NCBI GenBank assembly: GCA_037045045.1
Contig: JBAOHL010000007.1
Span: 241,950 to 305,949 of the forward strand
DNA length: 64,000 bases
DNA from: Dermatophilaceae bacterium
GTDB taxonomy: Bacteria > Actinomycetota > Actinomycetes > Actinomycetales > Dermatophilaceae
Direction of reading: 5' to 3'
Part shown: positions 63,293 to 64,000 of the stretch, one piece after another
Layout: each line of letters starts with the position of its first letter
How positions within the stretch are numbered: position 1 is the stretch's first letter
Notes under the pieces: model-generated
Seen by the model: the letters and a program-made list of their open reading frames with translations, nothing else
The model's database searches: none
What the model was told of the DNA's origin: nothing
Made by a program: the position numbers and the translations under genes

Positions 63293-64000
63293 GTGTCGCT
63301 TCGCGACGCGGGCGCGATCCTCACGCGGTTCGGCGTGGGCCTGGTGCTGCTCGGCGCGGCCTACTTCGCGTTGTCCTGGTGGGTCACCCGCGCTGTCCCG
63401 GCGACGGTGCGGATCGAGGGCGTCAACGTCGGCGGCACCAGCCCCGAGGAGGCCATCGCCCGGCTCGACAGGGAGCTCGGCCCCAAGGCGAAGGTTCCCG
63501 TGCACGTCGACCTCGGCAACTCCGGGCAGTCCATCGTCCTGGACCCGGCCAGCAGTGGGCTGTCGCTGGACCTGCCTGCGACGGTCGAGGGTCTGGCCGG
63601 CTTCAGCCTCGACCCTGCGGTCGTGTGGTCGCATCTGACCGGCGAGGTCCAGCGCCCGGTATCCGTCGTCATCGACCGCGAGCGGTTGACGGCTGCCGTC
63701 GCCCAGAAGGCCAAGACCGTCGAGGTCACCGTCAAGGAGGGGTCGGTGACCTTCCCGGGCGGGGTCCTCACCGTGACCAACTCCGTGACGGGGCTGGCCC
63801 TGGACGTCCCCGACGCGGTGAGTCAGATCTCGCGCACCTGGCCGCGACAGTCCACTCTTACGGCCGCGGCGGTCCTCACCCCACCGGTGCTGAGCCAGGG
63901 TGCCATCGATAGCGCGGTACGCGACTTCGCCACCCCGGCGATGTCCGGGCCGGTCACCGTTGTCGTGGGGACTCAGACCGTCGCGCTGAGCCCAGCCGAC
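63293..64000 (+). CDS. membrane-anchored VanW/YoaR-like protein (5' part; runs off the window end)
   Basis: This frame is not in the ORF track because it has no stop in the window. GTG 63293 follows GAGGAGG. The N-terminal TM segment is ILTRFGVGLVLLGAAYFALSWWV, followed by repeated modules as in VanW-family N-terminal regions. Translated by hand through 64000 without a stop. Confidence 0.6.
   Translation, partial: MSLRDAGAILTRFGVGLVLLGAAYFALSWWVTRAVPATVRIEGVNVGGTSPEEAIARLDRELGPKAKVPVHVDLGNSGQSIVLDPASSGLSLDLPATVEGLAGFSLDPAVVWSHLTGEVQRPVSVVIDRERLTAAVAQKAKTVEVTVKEGSVTFPGGVLTVTNSVTGLALDVPDAVSQISRTWPRQSTLTAAAVLTPPVLSQGAIDSAVRDFATPAMSGPVTVVVGTQTVALSPAD

Noticed and set aside
63126-63912. Track ORFs 63126-63638 and 63226-63912 (plus strand) and 63221-63634 / 63361-63780 (minus strand).
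   Set aside because: Their translations are Arg/Pro/Gly-rich. The third plus-strand frame (from GTG 63293, with a GAGGAGG Shine-Dalgarno sequence) gives a sensible membrane-anchored protein with normal composition and stays open to the window end.

Overview
High-GC (about 72% by eye) actinobacterial chromosome segment. It is dominated by the conserved translation-apparatus cluster: the S10 operon (rpsJ to rpsQ), the spc operon (rplN to rplO, secY, adk, map), infA-rpmJ, and the alpha operon (rpsM-rpsK-rpsD-rpoA-rplQ) followed by truA. A roughly 6.5 kb variable insert separates truA from rplM-rpsI-glmM and carries pxpCBA, a pullulanase-type glucosidase, a lipoprotein and an ArsR regulator. Next comes a housekeeping block syntenic with mycobacteria (class I fumarase, DUF4245, xseBA, ispH, rmuC, ychF, typA). 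It is followed by a five-gene peptide ABC transporter, mshB, and a mycothiol-dependent 3-hydroxybenzoate/gentisate degradation cluster. The window opens with a 1071-aa CHAT-domain (caspase-like) protein that appears co-transcribed with an unseen upstream gene. I found no rRNA, tRNA, CRISPR array, transposase or integrase. The most unusual signal is not a gene. The non-palindromic octamer GTATGCCG/CGGCATAC occurs about 62 times by hand count, against about 2 expected from composition. It lies on both strands, in all reading frames, forces rare codons, and is enriched just upstream of start codons. Other items are several intergenic tandem repeats and palindromes, and lineage-specific ribosomal protein extensions. 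All coordinates and counts were derived by eye; start codons in particular are inferences.
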